A DNA stretch of 63,968 nucleotides, the filler included, from Octopus bimaculoides (Eukaryota), in assembly GCF_001194135.2 (NCBI RefSeq). It is 5 parts of 4 records of this genome, joined end to end, with 100 filler letters (N's around TTAATTAATTAA, not from the genome) between each part and the next. Parts side by side here need not be neighbours in the genome. Positions count along the whole stretch, not along the records: positions 1 to 10,245 come from NC_069002.1; positions 10,346 to 40,908 come from NC_069002.1; 3 more parts are not named here. One strand, written 5' to 3'. Each line of letters starts with the position of its first letter. The stretch's first letter is position 1. The position numbers and the translations under genes were made by a program. Positions 1-13,545 of this stretch are shown one piece after another. Below the pieces are notes generated by a model. That model was not told the origin of the DNA. It did not search any database and saw only the letters and a program-made list of their open reading frames with translations.

Positions 1-15
1 CCTGTGTTTGATGAG

Positions 16-17
16 TG

Positions 18-62
<45 letters not shown>

Positions 63-143
63 TTATCTATATATATATTACACAATCTATCTACCCATCT
101 ATCTCTCCATCTACCTACCTACCTACCTACCTACCTACATAGA

Positions 144-174
<31 letters not shown>

Positions 175-195
175 CTATCTATCTATCTATCTATC
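16..195. repeat. Compound tetranucleotide microsatellite (TATC/TACC/TACA)
   Basis: Direct reading. Confidence 0.95.
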
Positions 196-543
196 AATTT
201 TTACGACATTCCCTACTTCCTCGCTGAAAGCGTGCTCTCAAGTGCACCTATTAATCCTTTCACCATTATTGTACTAATCGCTCTCTGTACGTTTGCACGC
301 CTCCATGTGTTTGAAAAGAACTGGAATTAAATGAAAGTGTGTTTTGCCTTGTAATGTTGGTGTTATTATGCACGGAATACGGCAAATAACAGAGGGCGCA
401 AAATGTCTTCACATCTGCCATCGATACCCTCGTCACCCATTTCATGGTCGTCAACGTAGTCATTGTCAGCTTCATTGTTGTCGTCGTTGTTAGGCGCACG
501 ACGACGACGATGACCACCACCACCACCACCACCACCATCACCT

Positions 544-917
544 GCCGCTACGTTCTGAGTTCAAATTCCGCCGAGGTCGACTTTGCCTTTCATCCTTTCG
601 GGGTCGATAAATTAAGTACCAGTTGCGCACTGGGGTCGATGTAGTCGACTTAATTTGTTTGTCTGTCCTTGTTTGTCCCTTCTATGTTTAGCCCCTTGTA
701 GGCAATAAAGAAATAAGAAACGTTAGCACGCCGGGCGAAATGTTTAGCGGCATTTCGTCTGTCTTTAAGTTCTGAGTTCAAATTCCACCGATGTCTACTT
801 TGCCTTCCATCCTTTCGGGATCGATAAATTAAGTACCAGTTGCGTACTGGAGTCGATCTAATCGACTGGCCCCACTCCCCCAAAATTTCGGGCATTATGT
901 CTAGAGTAGAAAAGAAC
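544..917 (+). mobile_element. SINE family A, dimeric form (monomer + 70-nt linker + monomer)
   Basis: Two successive copies of gttctgagttcaaattcc..gtcgactttgcctttcatcctttcggggtcgataaattaagtaccagttgcg.actggggtcgat, joined by linker 651-720. Confidence 0.8.
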
Positions 918-1019
918 TTGTGTAGGTTGAGCTATGTCAAATGTCAGAGAAAGAAACCTAGCTATTTCCTGCAATACATTCCAATACATACATCTAAAGC
1001 AAAAAAATTTCAGGTTCCC

Positions 1020-1125
1020 TTAAAATACTATTATGGATCCTCAATTTAGTAGTTTTCTGTGTGGACCCCACAAAAATCTTATATGGATCCTCAGGGGCCA
1101 TATGGACACCGGTTAAGAACTACTG
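1020..1125. mobile_element. Right-end remnant of the same hAT MITE family
   Basis: aaatcttatatggatcctcaggggccatatggacaccggttaagaactactg aligns with 54421-54472. No left TIR found. Confidence 0.55.
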
Positions 1126-1429
1126 GTCTAAAGCGATAAACATAGGTATGTTCCTGGGAATAACAGTATTGGAACAATCTTATGCATAAACTGTTGGAAT
1201 ATTCTATGCATGCTATTTACGATATATTTAATTTATTTAATTTCCTTTTGTGTAAGAAGACAAATCTTTTGCGTGTGTATATTCTTCCTTGACTCCAGAT
1301 AAAAGCTATTAACGTTAGTAAAGTTTCCTAACGTAGAAACCAAATCACCAACTCAATGTTAGAGGAAGGTGAGCGGTTAATAAACACATTTAGTATTTCT
1401 AACACTCTTAAAGTGATGAACTCTCAGAA

Positions 1430-1840
1430 TCATGAGCACGTAAGGCAAAAATTCTTTGCAGCATTTCGTCCGTCTTTACATTCTGAACTCAAATTCCCCC
1501 TATGGTCGCCTTTACCTTTCATCCTTTCAGGGTCGATAAAAGAAGTACCAGTTGAATACTGGGTTCGAGGTAATCAATAGCTCCCACACCTGAATTTGTT
1601 GACTTTGTGTCAAAGATTTCTCCCATCCATAAGGCAAGAGCGCTGGCAGAATCGTTACCACGCCTGGCAAAATGCTTCGCGGTATTTCCGGCTTTACGCT
1701 CTGAGTTCAAACAACACTGAGGTTAAATGTACCTCTCAGCCATTCGGTGTAGAGAAAATAAAGTACCAGTTGAGCACTGGAGTCGCTGATATCGAATGGA
1801 TCTACCCCCAAAAATTCGGGCCTTGTGCCAAAACTTGAAA
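1430..1840 (+). mobile_element. SINE family A, two diverged tandem copies (about 1430-1610 and 1630-1840)
   Basis: Head gctggcagaatcgtta, B-box-like ctgagttcaaa, core tttcatcctttcagggtcgataaaa..aagtaccagttga..actgg, tail ggccttgtgcc. Confidence 0.75.
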
Positions 1841-2195
1841 AAAATATTTCTAATATTAATCAACTGGAAACGAAACTCCAGTCTCTGTTTCAATGGCTTC
1901 AATTCAAATTTGTTTGATTGCTATCTTTAAAGGACTATTCACAAAATAACAAACATGTATTCACGTTTATAAGTCTCTCCAGTTTTGTTAGATCGTACAA
2001 GTATGGAGATATCAACGGGTTGCCATTTTTCTTTTACACATCATAAACAGCCCCGATGCTTTCAAATCGACAGAAATATTCTTTGATCAAACTTGGTAAA
2101 TGTAGAAAAAAAAAAAAAAAAAAAAAAATTCCTTGTGTTTATTTTTTTGGTTTATGCCTTATACTACCTCTCGATTACCATTTTTTTTCTCTTCT

Positions 2196-2198
<3 letters not shown>

Positions 2199-2248
<50 letters not shown>

Positions 2249-2406
2249 AGTCATCGCCATCGTCAGCGTCATCATCATCGTTAATAGTTCATGGCATTAG
2301 TTCTGTTTTATGTAGTCGATCGAGATATTTTTTGTTGTTGTTTTTCCTGTTGCTGCAACAACAACAACAATAAGAACAGCAACCACAACAACAACAACAA
2401 CAACAC

Positions 2407-2471
<65 letters not shown>

Positions 2472-2480
2472 GCTGCTGCT
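2199..2480. repeat. Trinucleotide microsatellites (ATC; AAC-TAC-TGC)
   Basis: Direct reading. Confidence 0.95.
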
Positions 2481-2753
2481 GCATCGAGAATTTTTGCTTT
2501 TTTTGAAACTTTTCTGCTTCATCGTTTCTACATCAGCAGTTTTAGTTTAACCATTCGAAGATTTTCACTATGGCGACTACTTTTTCGTTTTTTTCTTTTT
2601 TTTACTATTTTTTTGCCCCGTTTTTCTCTTCATTTTTCGGTAGAAGTATCATCACAACACAAAACGTATACACACATATACGTATATAAACAGACACACA
2701 TAGATATATACATATGCAAACATCTACACTTATATACACACATACATGTGCAC

Positions 2754-2803
<50 letters not shown>

Positions 2804-2831
2804 ATAGATATGTATATATATATATATGTAT

Positions 2832-2910
<79 letters not shown>

Positions 2911-3456
2911 GTATGTATATACGCGGGCGTGTGGTGTATGTGTTTCATGGTATATTTCTTTCATTTATTTCCTTCATTTATTTCTTTCATTATTTTCCTT
3001 CAACTTCAAGTAATATATATTTAAACGTTCCTTCATTTGCTTTTATCCCCATTTCGTCAGCAGCGAAACCACCGCAAAGAGCAGCAGCAGCAGTAGCAGC
3101 AGCACCGTCCCCACCACCACCACCACCACAACCATCACCATCACCACCTCTACCACTGATGCCATCACGGCCAACACTGAGATATTTCTCTTGCATCCAC
3201 AACTTTAATTTTATATGTGTATGCATACCCATAGTCCACGATTTATATATATATGTGTCTGTGTGTGTGTATGTGTGTGTGTATGTTTGTGTGTGTGTAT
3301 TTGTGTGTATGTGAGTGTGAGTGCGTGTTAGTATGTATGTGTGTGTCGTTATACATCAATATAGATATATATATATATAGATATATATATGCACATATAT
3401 ATGTAATGTACGCAGACATATATGTATGTATCAATATATATATATATATATGTATG

Positions 3457-3503
<47 letters not shown>

Positions 3504-3506
3504 GTG

Positions 3507-3544
<38 letters not shown>

Positions 3545-4182
3545 TATATATGTATGTATGTATGCATGTATGTATGTATGTGTGTGTGTATGCATAAGCA
3601 TATGTACTCTTAGTATATCTTCTCGCAATTTTTCTAATTTTCGATCCCACCCAGCAAGTGATCTCGAAGAGAGCCGTGAGGTAGAATGACTTGTCGTTAG
3701 TAAACGATCTAAGATTTTCGATTTATGCATTTTTCGTTGGCTGGGGTGGTGTGAGAGAGAGAGAGGGGGGGAGAGAAAGAGAGAGACAGAGAGGAAGAAA
3801 GAGTATTTACGTATGTCTATGTGTATGAATGTGCTTGAATGTTTGAGCATTTTTGGAGGTTTTCAAAATATATTATTTATCTATCTATGAGCAATGTCAA
3901 CTTGGTACTGACAGACGTACCTCCCTCTCCCTCTACTTCACTCTCTCTCTCTCTTCGCTTTCTTACAATGGTGCTCTCACTGTCTCTGTCCCCCTCTCTC
4001 TCTCTCTCTCTCTCATTTTCTCTTCCTCTATCTTAACTAACTAACCGCCATTTTATGTGTCCTACTGAGTCTCGATGTGCGTTCACTCCAACCATCGAAC
4101 GCCTCTTGAACTTTCTTAAATCAACTCATAAATTCTATGGAAAAGTACGCCTGTGTGTAACGCGTATCTTTACTTTGCTCAT

Positions 4183-4233
<51 letters not shown>

Positions 4234-4412
4234 CGTGTTTGTGTGTGTATTTCTAGTTAAGCATGTTAATGTGTGTAATGTGCATGTTTTCTTGTGTTTG
4301 TGTGTGTGTACGCATGTGTGCGTATGTGTATTTCTAGTTAAATATGCAAATGAGTATTTGAGGGACCGTGGGTGCCTCTTTTTGGTTGCCTCTATGTTGT
4401 GTTCGAAGATAC

Positions 4413-4729
4413 GTGACGCAGTGGATATAGTATTCGGCTCACAATCGTAAGGTCGTCAGTTCAATTCCAGGCGGTGCATTGTACGATTAAACAAGACACT
4501 TTAGTTCACGTCGTTCCATTCCACTCAGCAGACAAACAATGAGTAGCACTTGTATTTCCAAGGGCTGGCCATGCGACATTTTGCATCTTGCTGAATCTCC
4601 CAGGTAACTATGTTAAGGGTACGTGTGTCTGTTGGAGTGCTCAGCCACTTACACGTTAATTTCACGAGCGGGCTGTTCCATTGATCGGATCGACTGGAAC
4701 ACTCCTCGTCGCAACCGACGGAGCGCCAG
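4413..4729 (+). mobile_element. Chimeric SINE: different tRNA-like head plus CORE-like segment plus family B 3' half
   Basis: Head gtgacgcagtgg..agttcaattcc, then aacaagacactt..cgttccattccactcagc..aatgagta (CORE-like); from about 4590 it aligns with family B (gctgaatctccc..tatgttaagggtac..ttgatcggatcgactggaac..gacggagcgcca). Confidence 0.7.
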
Positions 4730-4861
4730 TTAGATTTCTGCTTCTCTGTATCAATTATATATTTGAGCTTGATAAAGTCTCGTTATAATTCACAGTGTTT
4801 AAATACTTGTATGATCTTGTCATGCAGTCACTTAAAAATCCCTCTTTTATTCCTTTCTGTT

Positions 4862-5068
4862 ATGAGCACAACGCCTGAAATTTTGTGACATTTGGTTAGT
4901 CGATTATATTGGTCCTAATGCTTTACTAGTACTTATTTCACGAAATCCAAAAGCATAAAAAGCAAAGTTCGACCCTAGCGACATTTGAACTCAGAATGTA
5001 AAGACGGACAGAATGCCGCTACGTATTTTGCCGGGTTTGCTAATGATAATGCCCGCTTACCGTCTTCT
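4862..5068 (-). mobile_element. SINE family A, diverged
   Basis: Reverse complement of the family A head and core (atttgaactcagaatgtaaagacggacagaatgccgcta; gcacaacgcctgaaatttt). Confidence 0.7.
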
Positions 5069-5924
5069 ATATTAGCTATAGTTTTCAGCAATTATCAATG
5101 AGGATTCATAGCAGTACTCATTCTCTATAATTCTCTTTTGTGTGTATATGGACCATTCAGACAGTCATAAGCAGAGCTCATATCCTTCTACGCAGCGCGA
5201 CTCCATGACAGGTGAAGGAAATGACTATATTACACACGAATCGTAGTTTACGCTAGTAAGGGGCACATCAACGCAGGAGAATCCAATCTGAGTAACTGCC
5301 ACACAGTAGAGTGGACCCCGCTGAAGGAAACCAATGACCGATGGTCATATTAAACCGTTTGACAGATTAACAAGCGTACATATTTCTACTATGTACTCCA
5401 TGCATATTTCATCAATATGGCATCTCTGTTTCTCCGATATATATTTTTTTTTTTGCTATAAAAATGGCTGCCATTATGATGTCAGTTCTTTTCAGAAAAT
5501 GATATTTGGAAAGATTTAGAATATAATGATTAGATAGTCAAACAAAGCAAACATTCAACTTAAAATGTAAGAAAGATATTAAAAAAGATATACATATATA
5601 TNNNNNNNNNNATACGACGATAAACAGAAATAGAAATCAATTATAGAATTAAATGTCTTTAAATTTTGCAAATCATAACGTATATTTGTTCAATTAATTT
5701 CATTAATTTGTAGTAGTATTATTTATGTTCTTACTGTTGTTGTCATTATTTTGAATTCATCATTCCACTTAACGTTTTTTTGTTTTCTTTTTCTCTATTA
5801 CAATTTTCGTTTTGTCAATATTATATTTGTGTGTTTTGTAATACATAAATGTTGTATACACATAGGTGATTAGCAGATGTTGTTCCTGAGATTGATGCTT
5901 CAGCTAACGCTGCTGTTGTAGTTG

Positions 5925-5955
<31 letters not shown>

Positions 5956-6817
5956 TGGTGTTATTAACGATGTTGTTGTTGTTGTTATGGCTGCTGTCAA
6001 TACCGCTCTCATTGTTTCGTTTAATTTGTCACGCTGTTGATGTTTTACATAAGTATTGAAATTAACGCATCTGTTGTCGTGGTAATTGTTGTTGTTGTTG
6101 ACGTCTTTGGCTCTTGCCGTTGCTGCTGCTTCTGCTGCTCTCGAATGCCACTGTAACCGATTAATATTGTCATAGTTGTTGATCATATTGCTACTGGGAA
6201 TGAAGGGTGCTTTGTAATGCTTACCAATTTTGTTTTCACGATCGTCATTCCTATAGAAATTACTACTAATGCTTCTGCTCCAGCTATTACCATTCCTATT
6301 GTTGTTGTTGCTGCTACTATTACGGTTATTTTGGCTTTTATTTTACATGATAATTTTTCCGTTGACTTGGTTGTTGCTGCTGTTGCCGTTCTTGTTGTTG
6401 TTGTTGTCTGTGTTACTGTCATTCTCTTTTCCACATTATTACTGTGTTGATTGCAACTTTTAACAAAACAATTTTGTTCTAATTTCATAGTTAGTTTGCC
6501 ACGATTCTTGATTCTGTTCCCTACAATCAAGAGTGAATAGAAGACAGGAATGGCTCCAGGCGAGAAATACTGAAAGATTTTAACTGCATTTCCTATTTAA
6601 GAATACTTAAAGCCACATAACATCGCGAAAACATGCTTAAGACACAAAACAATAAACCATCATCACCAACAACTACAATTACAAACCAGCAATAGCAACA
6701 ACGCGAAAAAAAAAAAGAACAACAGTCACAACGCTATCATTATCACCACCATCACCACCGTCATCCTCCTCATCATAATCGTGATGATGGTGACAGTGAT
6801 GATGGTAGTGTTGGTAG

Positions 6818-6850
<33 letters not shown>

Positions 6851-6987
6851 TATGCAGCGGAGGCGGTGGTGACGTAGGATTATTTGATAAACGCTCATAG
6901 ACTTCACATCTTTTCGAAGATACTCGTATACACACCTCATGCACGCACACAAGCACACTAGATAATCATATACAGGAAAATCTATAC

Positions 6988-7042
<55 letters not shown>

Positions 7043-7653
7043 NNNNNNNNNNNNNNNNNNNNNNNNNNNNNNNNNNNNNNNNNNNNNNNNNNNNNNNNNN
7101 NNNNNNNNNNNNNNNNNNNNNNNNNNNNNNNNNNNNNNNNNNNNNNNNNNNNNNNNNNNNNNNNNNNNNNNNNNNNNNNNNNNNNNNNNNNNNNNNNNNN
7201 NNNNNNNNNNNNNNNNNNNNNNNNNNNNNNNNNNNNNNNNNNNNNNNNNNNNNNNNNNNNNNNNNNNNNNNNNNNNNNNNNNNNNNNNNNNNNNNNNNNN
7301 NNNNNNNNNNNNNNNNNNNNNNNNNNNNNNNNNNNNNNNNNNNNNNNNNNNNNNNNNNNNNNNNNNNNNNNNNNNNNNNNNNNNNNNNNNNNNNNNNNNN
7401 NNNNNNNNNNNNNNNNNNNNNNNNNNNNNNNNNNNNNNNNNNNNNNNNNNNNNNNNNNNNNNNNNNNNNNNNNNNNNNNNNNNNNNNNNNNNNNNNNNNN
7501 NNNNNNNNNNNNNNNNNNNNNNNNNNNNNNNNNNNNNNNNNNNNNNNNNNNNNNNNNNNNNTATATATATATATATATATATGTATATGTATATATATAC
7601 ATACATAGTCACCAACACTACATATGTATGTTTGTATCTACGTATACATCGAA

Positions 7654-7697
<44 letters not shown>

Positions 7698-7882
7698 ATT
7701 TATATATAATACCATATATAATACACACATGTTTACATGTGTGTATACTTGTGCTTCTAGCTTACGCATACGCACATACATACACATATGCAAGCACATA
7801 CATATAATATTTTTTCAAATCACACGTGATATTAAAGTCTGCATGTTCAAAACGCACCGTCTTGAGGCTGTTTCTGCACACA

Positions 7883-7914
<32 letters not shown>

Positions 7915-8836
7915 GATTCACTCATACTCTCATACGTATACTAACACTTACACACACACACACACCTTCACAACATACATTTGCTCATCGCATTTAAATA
8001 TCGTACGCAACATACAAATATTCACACATAAATACACACACACCCACACAAACACACACACAAACACACACAGTCACACACATACATGATGAATACATAT
8101 ACACCACAGACTGATATAATTCATACCCGCAGCAAATACACAAACGCATAAATATAATACAATATGAATATTCTCTTTTCATTCATACTATCTCAATGCA
8201 TATAACACTCAAATACAACAACGAATCATGCGTTTTACTCACATATACAATAGCACGATCGTCATCAACGTCTGCAGAGACATACTCGTACGAAGAACAA
8301 TGAGCTCGCCCCCACATTGTCCCCTTAAGAATGAGTAACACGGAAATAGAGTGATCACGATTCCTTGTAATGTCTGGGAGGTTAAACCCTTCGCTCTCTG
8401 TGGAACATAGACCATCGAAGACATTTCGCTAATGTTCTCGACTCTGGGATGACGTTTTTCTAGCAAAGTCTGATATGTTATGTATTGTCATCGATGTATC
8501 TGTAACAGATTTGTTTTTGCTAGGTAGGAGCCTTCGTCTCCATCAACCATCTGTACATTTCTGTCTAGGACTCATAGGGCCGGTTTGCTTGTTTTCATGA
8601 CGTATAAGTGGCCAAGATCACAGCAATTCTCCTGAACAATCTTTTAAAGGTACGCTTACAAACAGACAAAAACGATGTAATATAAATAAAATGCTAATAA
8701 AAGTTTACAAATAGTCGAAGGTTTTCTTGAAGGTCGAGAAATTGTAAAATGTAAAACATAAAGGCGATATTATACAAAATATTGCCTGCTTTTAGGTGGA
8801 AAAGCCAAATTCAAATGCGAAAGTAAAATATTATTA

Positions 8837-9310
8837 TTATCCGAATGGTATTTTATCAGTTGACATTTTATACTTCGTAGCATGTCTGCAGAAATTCAAA
8901 AGCTCCCGTCTTTGGTTCAATACATATTTTCCTAGAACAGGATGAAGAGCTTTTCGGTCAGGCACGATTTGCACCACATAAAGCGTCTATATTCTCCATG
9001 CTTATATGGTGCAGATTTCTCTAAGATCGTCCAGCTGATATTGAAAGAATGGGTATCATTTTCTTTTAAATGCCAGATATATTTGACAAGACTTGTTGCT
9101 GTCCTATTTTCGGGGTATCGAAATGAATTTCGATGGGAATATAATCTAGTCTTAAATGTATTTTCCGAAGCTCCGGTATATGTTTTATATTCTTGTAAGC
9201 CGTCTATTTGTTCCTTATCTGTATAAACAATTCCTTTCCTTAGACAAATTCCTCCTAACAGAGAGTAACTTCTGATCTTTACAATTGCATTTTTCTCGTT
9301 ATTTCTGGCA
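8837..9310 (-). mobile_element. Penelope-like retroelement fragment: Cys linker plus GIY-YIG endonuclease, C-terminal end of ORF
   Basis: My minus-strand translation: KCNCKDQK (frameshift) LLGGICLRKGIVYTDKEQIDGLQEYKTYTGASENTFKTRLYSHRNSFRYPENRTATSLVKYIWHLKENDTHSFNISWTILEKSAPYKHGEYRRFMWCKSCLTEKLFILF* (frameshift) VLNQRRELLNFCRHATKY. This is the typical PLE GIY-YIG layout (GIVY..YTG..FKTR..H..SF; CxxCLTEK; LNxRxEL..CRH). It is absent from the supplied ORF track. Confidence 0.88.
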
Positions 9311-9364
9311 CGTGGATGATTCTAATAGTTTTCGTGTTGTACTGATTAATTAAAGAGGCGAAGC

Positions 9365-9612
9365 TCTTTCAACAAGACACTTTATTTCACGTTGCTCCAT
9401 TTAACTCAGCTGTAGAAATGCGTTGCGACATCACTGGTGTCATGCTGTATCGGCCTTTGCCTTTCCCTTGGATAACATCAGCGGTGTAGAGAGGTGAAGC
9501 TTGTATGGATGGGCGACTGCTGGCCTTCCACAAACAACCTAGCCCGGACTTGTGCATCGGAGGGTTACTTTCTAGGAGCAATCCCATGGTCATTTATGAC
9601 CGAAGGGGGTTT
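9365..9612 (+). mobile_element. Probable SINE remnant with CORE-like segment and unrelated tail
   Basis: aacaagacactttatttcacgttgctccatttaactcagctgtagaaatg matches the CORE-like segment at 4490-4545; downstream sequence differs from family B. Confidence 0.5.
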
Positions 9613-10206
9613 CCTCCTCCTCCTGTTTGTGTACATGTATGTGTGTGTGTATGTGTGTGTGTGTGCATATATATTTGGGTAAGATTTATGGAAAATGGGA
9701 AAGATGAACATGAATAACAGAAAGCAGAAACTCAACCAGAGGGCAATACATACAATACACAACAATTAGAAAAACAATATAAAATTGTATATCAACAGCA
9801 ACTGCAAAGGACACAACATCATAACGGTAATGGCTGTAGTGATTGCGAAAATATTTGTCAGTGGGTGAGAGATTTGAGTGTATCGTTGGAAATATATAAT
9901 TTATTATGTATTTTTTAACGCCATCGAAAATTGCACAGTTGCAACGCAGATAGAAATGAACGCTACAATTTCTCAACGCGTATACACTGGCATATTACTC
10001 TTGCGTTTTACCTACATGCTTTTAATGCATTCGTTTTATTTTGTGATATCTTAGAGGTACACATAATATACAAACGCAAAGACACAAGCGTATCTTAACA
10101 GATAGAAACTACGAGAACTAAAACGGTAAGACAAATAACATGTAATATATAACCTGTGTCTGTTTTATTGCAAGGGAGCTAGCCATATATACATATATAT
10201 ATATAT

Positions 10207-10245
<39 letters not shown>

Positions 10246-10345
10246 NNNNNNNNNNNNNNNNNNNNNNNNNNNNNNNNNNNNNNNNNNNNTTAATTAATTA
10301 ANNNNNNNNNNNNNNNNNNNNNNNNNNNNNNNNNNNNNNNNNNNN
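10246..10345. other. Artificial scaffold-join linker (44 N + TTAATTAATTAA + 44 N)
   Basis: Exact 100-bp structure; the 12-mer gives stop codons in all six frames. Confidence 0.95.
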
Positions 10346-10407
<62 letters not shown>

Positions 10408-10522
10408 ATATGTACCTGTAGATATATGCAGAACTCTCTTAGTGTGTAGGCATAGCAATCATATATATATTTATACGTATACACATATATGCGTACGACA
10501 CACATACATAAAAATCACTGAA

Positions 10523-10558
<36 letters not shown>

Positions 10559-10884
10559 GCACACAAATGCATACATATAGGCATATTGAACATTATGTCG
10601 TGTACACTTCTGTCTAAGTACCTACCCGTATATGCTTCATTACCCAATCTATTCGAGGTAGCTATTTTTGCAATTTCACACATTTACTAAGAATCAGAAA
10701 TCAACAATTTTCACAAGCAGCAAATAATACTTAGTTGACTTTCACCTTAATTAAGCGGTTTCCTTTGATGTTGGTTCTTTAGATGTTGCGTTAACTATCT
10801 CGCTAATAATTCAATAACGTCTTGATGCTAATGCTAAAATATTTGTGCATAAGAATGAAGGAGAGAAGGAAAAACAGAGAGTGG

Positions 10885-10948
<64 letters not shown>

Positions 10949-10979
10949 NNNNNNNNNNNNNNNNNNNNNNNAGAGGGTG

Positions 10980-11010
10980 GGTAGAAAGAAAGAAAGAAAG
11001 AAAGAGAGAA

Positions 11011-11078
<68 letters not shown>

Positions 11079-11121
11079 AAAGAAAGGAAGACAGAAAGAA
11101 AGGGAGGGAGGAAAGCAGCGC

Positions 11122-11153
<32 letters not shown>

Positions 11154-11285
11154 AGGAAAAAAGAAAGAAAGAAAGAAAGAAAGAAAGAAAAAAGAAAGAA
11201 AGAAAGAAAGAAAAGAAAAGAAAGAAAAGAAGAAAAGAAAGTAAATAAGAAAATAAAGAAAATAAAAAAGAAAGGGAGGAAGGAA

Positions 11286-11347
<62 letters not shown>

Positions 11348-11350
11348 AAA
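10980..11350. repeat. (AAAG)n polypurine tract
   Basis: Direct reading; source of the K/E/R- and F/L/S-rich spurious ORFs. Confidence 0.95.
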
Positions 11351-12102
11351 ATAGCTTAAGAAAGAACGATATGAAAAAGTGAAAGAGAGAAGGAACGAAT
11401 GAAGGAAAGAAGTGAAAGCTAGGGAAGGGGCGAACGAAAGAATGAAGGACTAAGAAGAAGAAAGGGAAGGAATAGGACGAAAGAAAAATTGAATGAAAGA
11501 AATAAAAACAGAAGAGACAAAAGAAAGCAAGATAGAAAGAAAGAAACATTCAAACAGAGAGACAGAGGGGGAGAAGGTAAGTAGGAAGATAGAGAGAGAG
11601 AGAGAGAGAGAGAGATAAATAGATAGATAAAGAGATAGATAGCGAGATAGATAGATAGATAGAGAGAGGGGGGGAGAAGAGAATGCAAGGCTTCCATGTA
11701 GATGAGAGTAGCGAGATTACTAATCAATTAAAAAAACGAAAAGAGCTAAGGGCAAATAACTCAAGTGAACCTATGGCATGAATATTTGATAACTAAGTCA
11801 AGGAATTATGTACTGAATGCAAAACAGCCTTATTTAACAAAAAATTCTTCACAGTTATTTCGAGAAAGAAAACACGATTGAAAGCAATTGAAAGCAAAAT
11901 TGTAAGGGGAGAATAATATTTAAGAAATTAAAAATTAATCTTTCAGATGCATTTCGTCGATTAGATCAAGGAAGGGTCGATGTCTGATTATTATCTATTC
12001 AATGAACTATTTTTGTACTTGCTGTAATGTTGTTTCAAGTGTTGGTCCTTTTAAAATGCAGGTCAATATTGATCCAAGAGAAGTATTCGTATATTGGTTT
12101 CA

Positions 12103-12375
12103 GGTTTTGGCACAAGGCCAGCACGTCCTGGAAAGCGGGTAAGTCGATTACATCGAAATCCCCATCTGGTAACAATTTTAACGAGCCCGAAAGATACGAA
12201 ACTCAAAGTCAACCTCGGCGGAATTTGAACTTTGAACGACAAGACAAACATGTGTGTGTGTGTGTGTGCGTGTGTGTGTGTGTGCGTGTGTGTGTGTGTG
12301 GGTGTGTGTGTGTGCGTGTATTATGTGTGTTTAATTTTGTGTGTGTGCGCGACTAAATATTGTCCAGCGTCGCTT
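12103..12375 (-). mobile_element. SINE family A, diverged, interrupted by a (GT)n tract
   Basis: ggcacaaggcc..gtcgattacatcga..aaagtcaacctcggcggaatttgaact at 12103-12235, then (GT)n 12250-12350, then a possible head remnant. Confidence 0.6.
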
Positions 12376-13289
12376 GTCTTTTTAGAAGATACGATAAAAT
12401 TTGAGATAGATTTAGCTGCTATTTCTAGCTCTTCAAAAGCTGGGGGTGAAGCTGGGAACAACTGAATAGAGCGTCTGAGAAGATGTAATTCCATTGGCTG
12501 ACATTGATTAACGCAATTACTGAGGTATGTGATGGAAAGGCGTTAATTACGCAAATGTATTTCCGATTTAGGATTTCGGTAGGAACAATAGAAATATAAA
12601 TCATTTAGTTTGCTTGGTGATGGTCGAATTTAAAGGGACAGCATCCATTGTCCATGTAGAAATAAGGGGGATGGGGAGAGAAGAAGGAGAAGAAAAGGGA
12701 AGGAGGAGGAAGAGGAGGAGAGCGAGGTGGACGACGACGACGACGACAACAAAGAAGAGGACGATGAGAAGGAAGGAAAACGAGGAGTAAGAAGAAGAAG
12801 AAGAAGAACAACAACAACAACAACAGCAACAACAACAACAACAACAACAACNNNNNNNNNNCGATGACGGTAGTGAAACGACATTACTGAAGTAACCCCC
12901 CCCCCCCAATCCCAGAGGATACCAAAATCTATTCCAATATCTTCAAATACTTCAGGAATACAAGAATATAGAACAGAAAATTATTACAATTAATATTCAT
13001 CAACTTTGTTTCTTTTATATATGTTTTGTGTGTGCGTCTGGGTGAGGTGAGAATAGATTTCTTTTTAAGAGAATTCAGAGACTCGAATTATTCGCTTTGT
13101 GAGAAACAACTGTTTTATTTTCTCATATGTTTTGGAATCACCATTGATAAAATTTTGTCAGAATATATTATATCGCTACGGTTTCAAGTTTGTTGGTTCG
13201 GATATTTTGTTGGTCTTTGTTGTTTTTGCTTCTTACTCCTTATTTTGTTTGTTTTTTTATTTTGGTGCAAGACGAACAGCTTCGAAAGA

Positions 13290-13425
13290 AGGAGGTATTG
13301 AACCCACTACACGACTGGCACTTCATTTTAAATGACCCCTGAAAGGCAAAAACCAACTTCGGCGAGATTTGAACACGGGACAAATACTGCAATGTTTTAA
13401 ACGACTCTGTCAGTTCACTGTCGTT
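13290..13425 (-). mobile_element. SINE family A remnant
   Basis: gacccctgaaaggcaaaaaccaacttcggcgagatttgaac resembles the reverse family A core. Confidence 0.5.
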
Positions 13426-13452
13426 CGACGTAAACAGTAATAAATGTCAATA

Positions 13453-13545
<93 letters not shown>

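Noticed and set aside
372-392. cagagggcgc, CTCF-like core
   Set aside because: The 5' half of the CTCF motif does not match; a single partial motif is not evidence.
5290-5360. EWTP...RW resemblance to the RTE C-terminus
   Set aside because: Only a few residues match; could be chance.
10803-11549. Long F/L/S-rich and K/E/R-rich ORFs
   Set aside because: Translations of (AAAG)n and (AG)n tracts.
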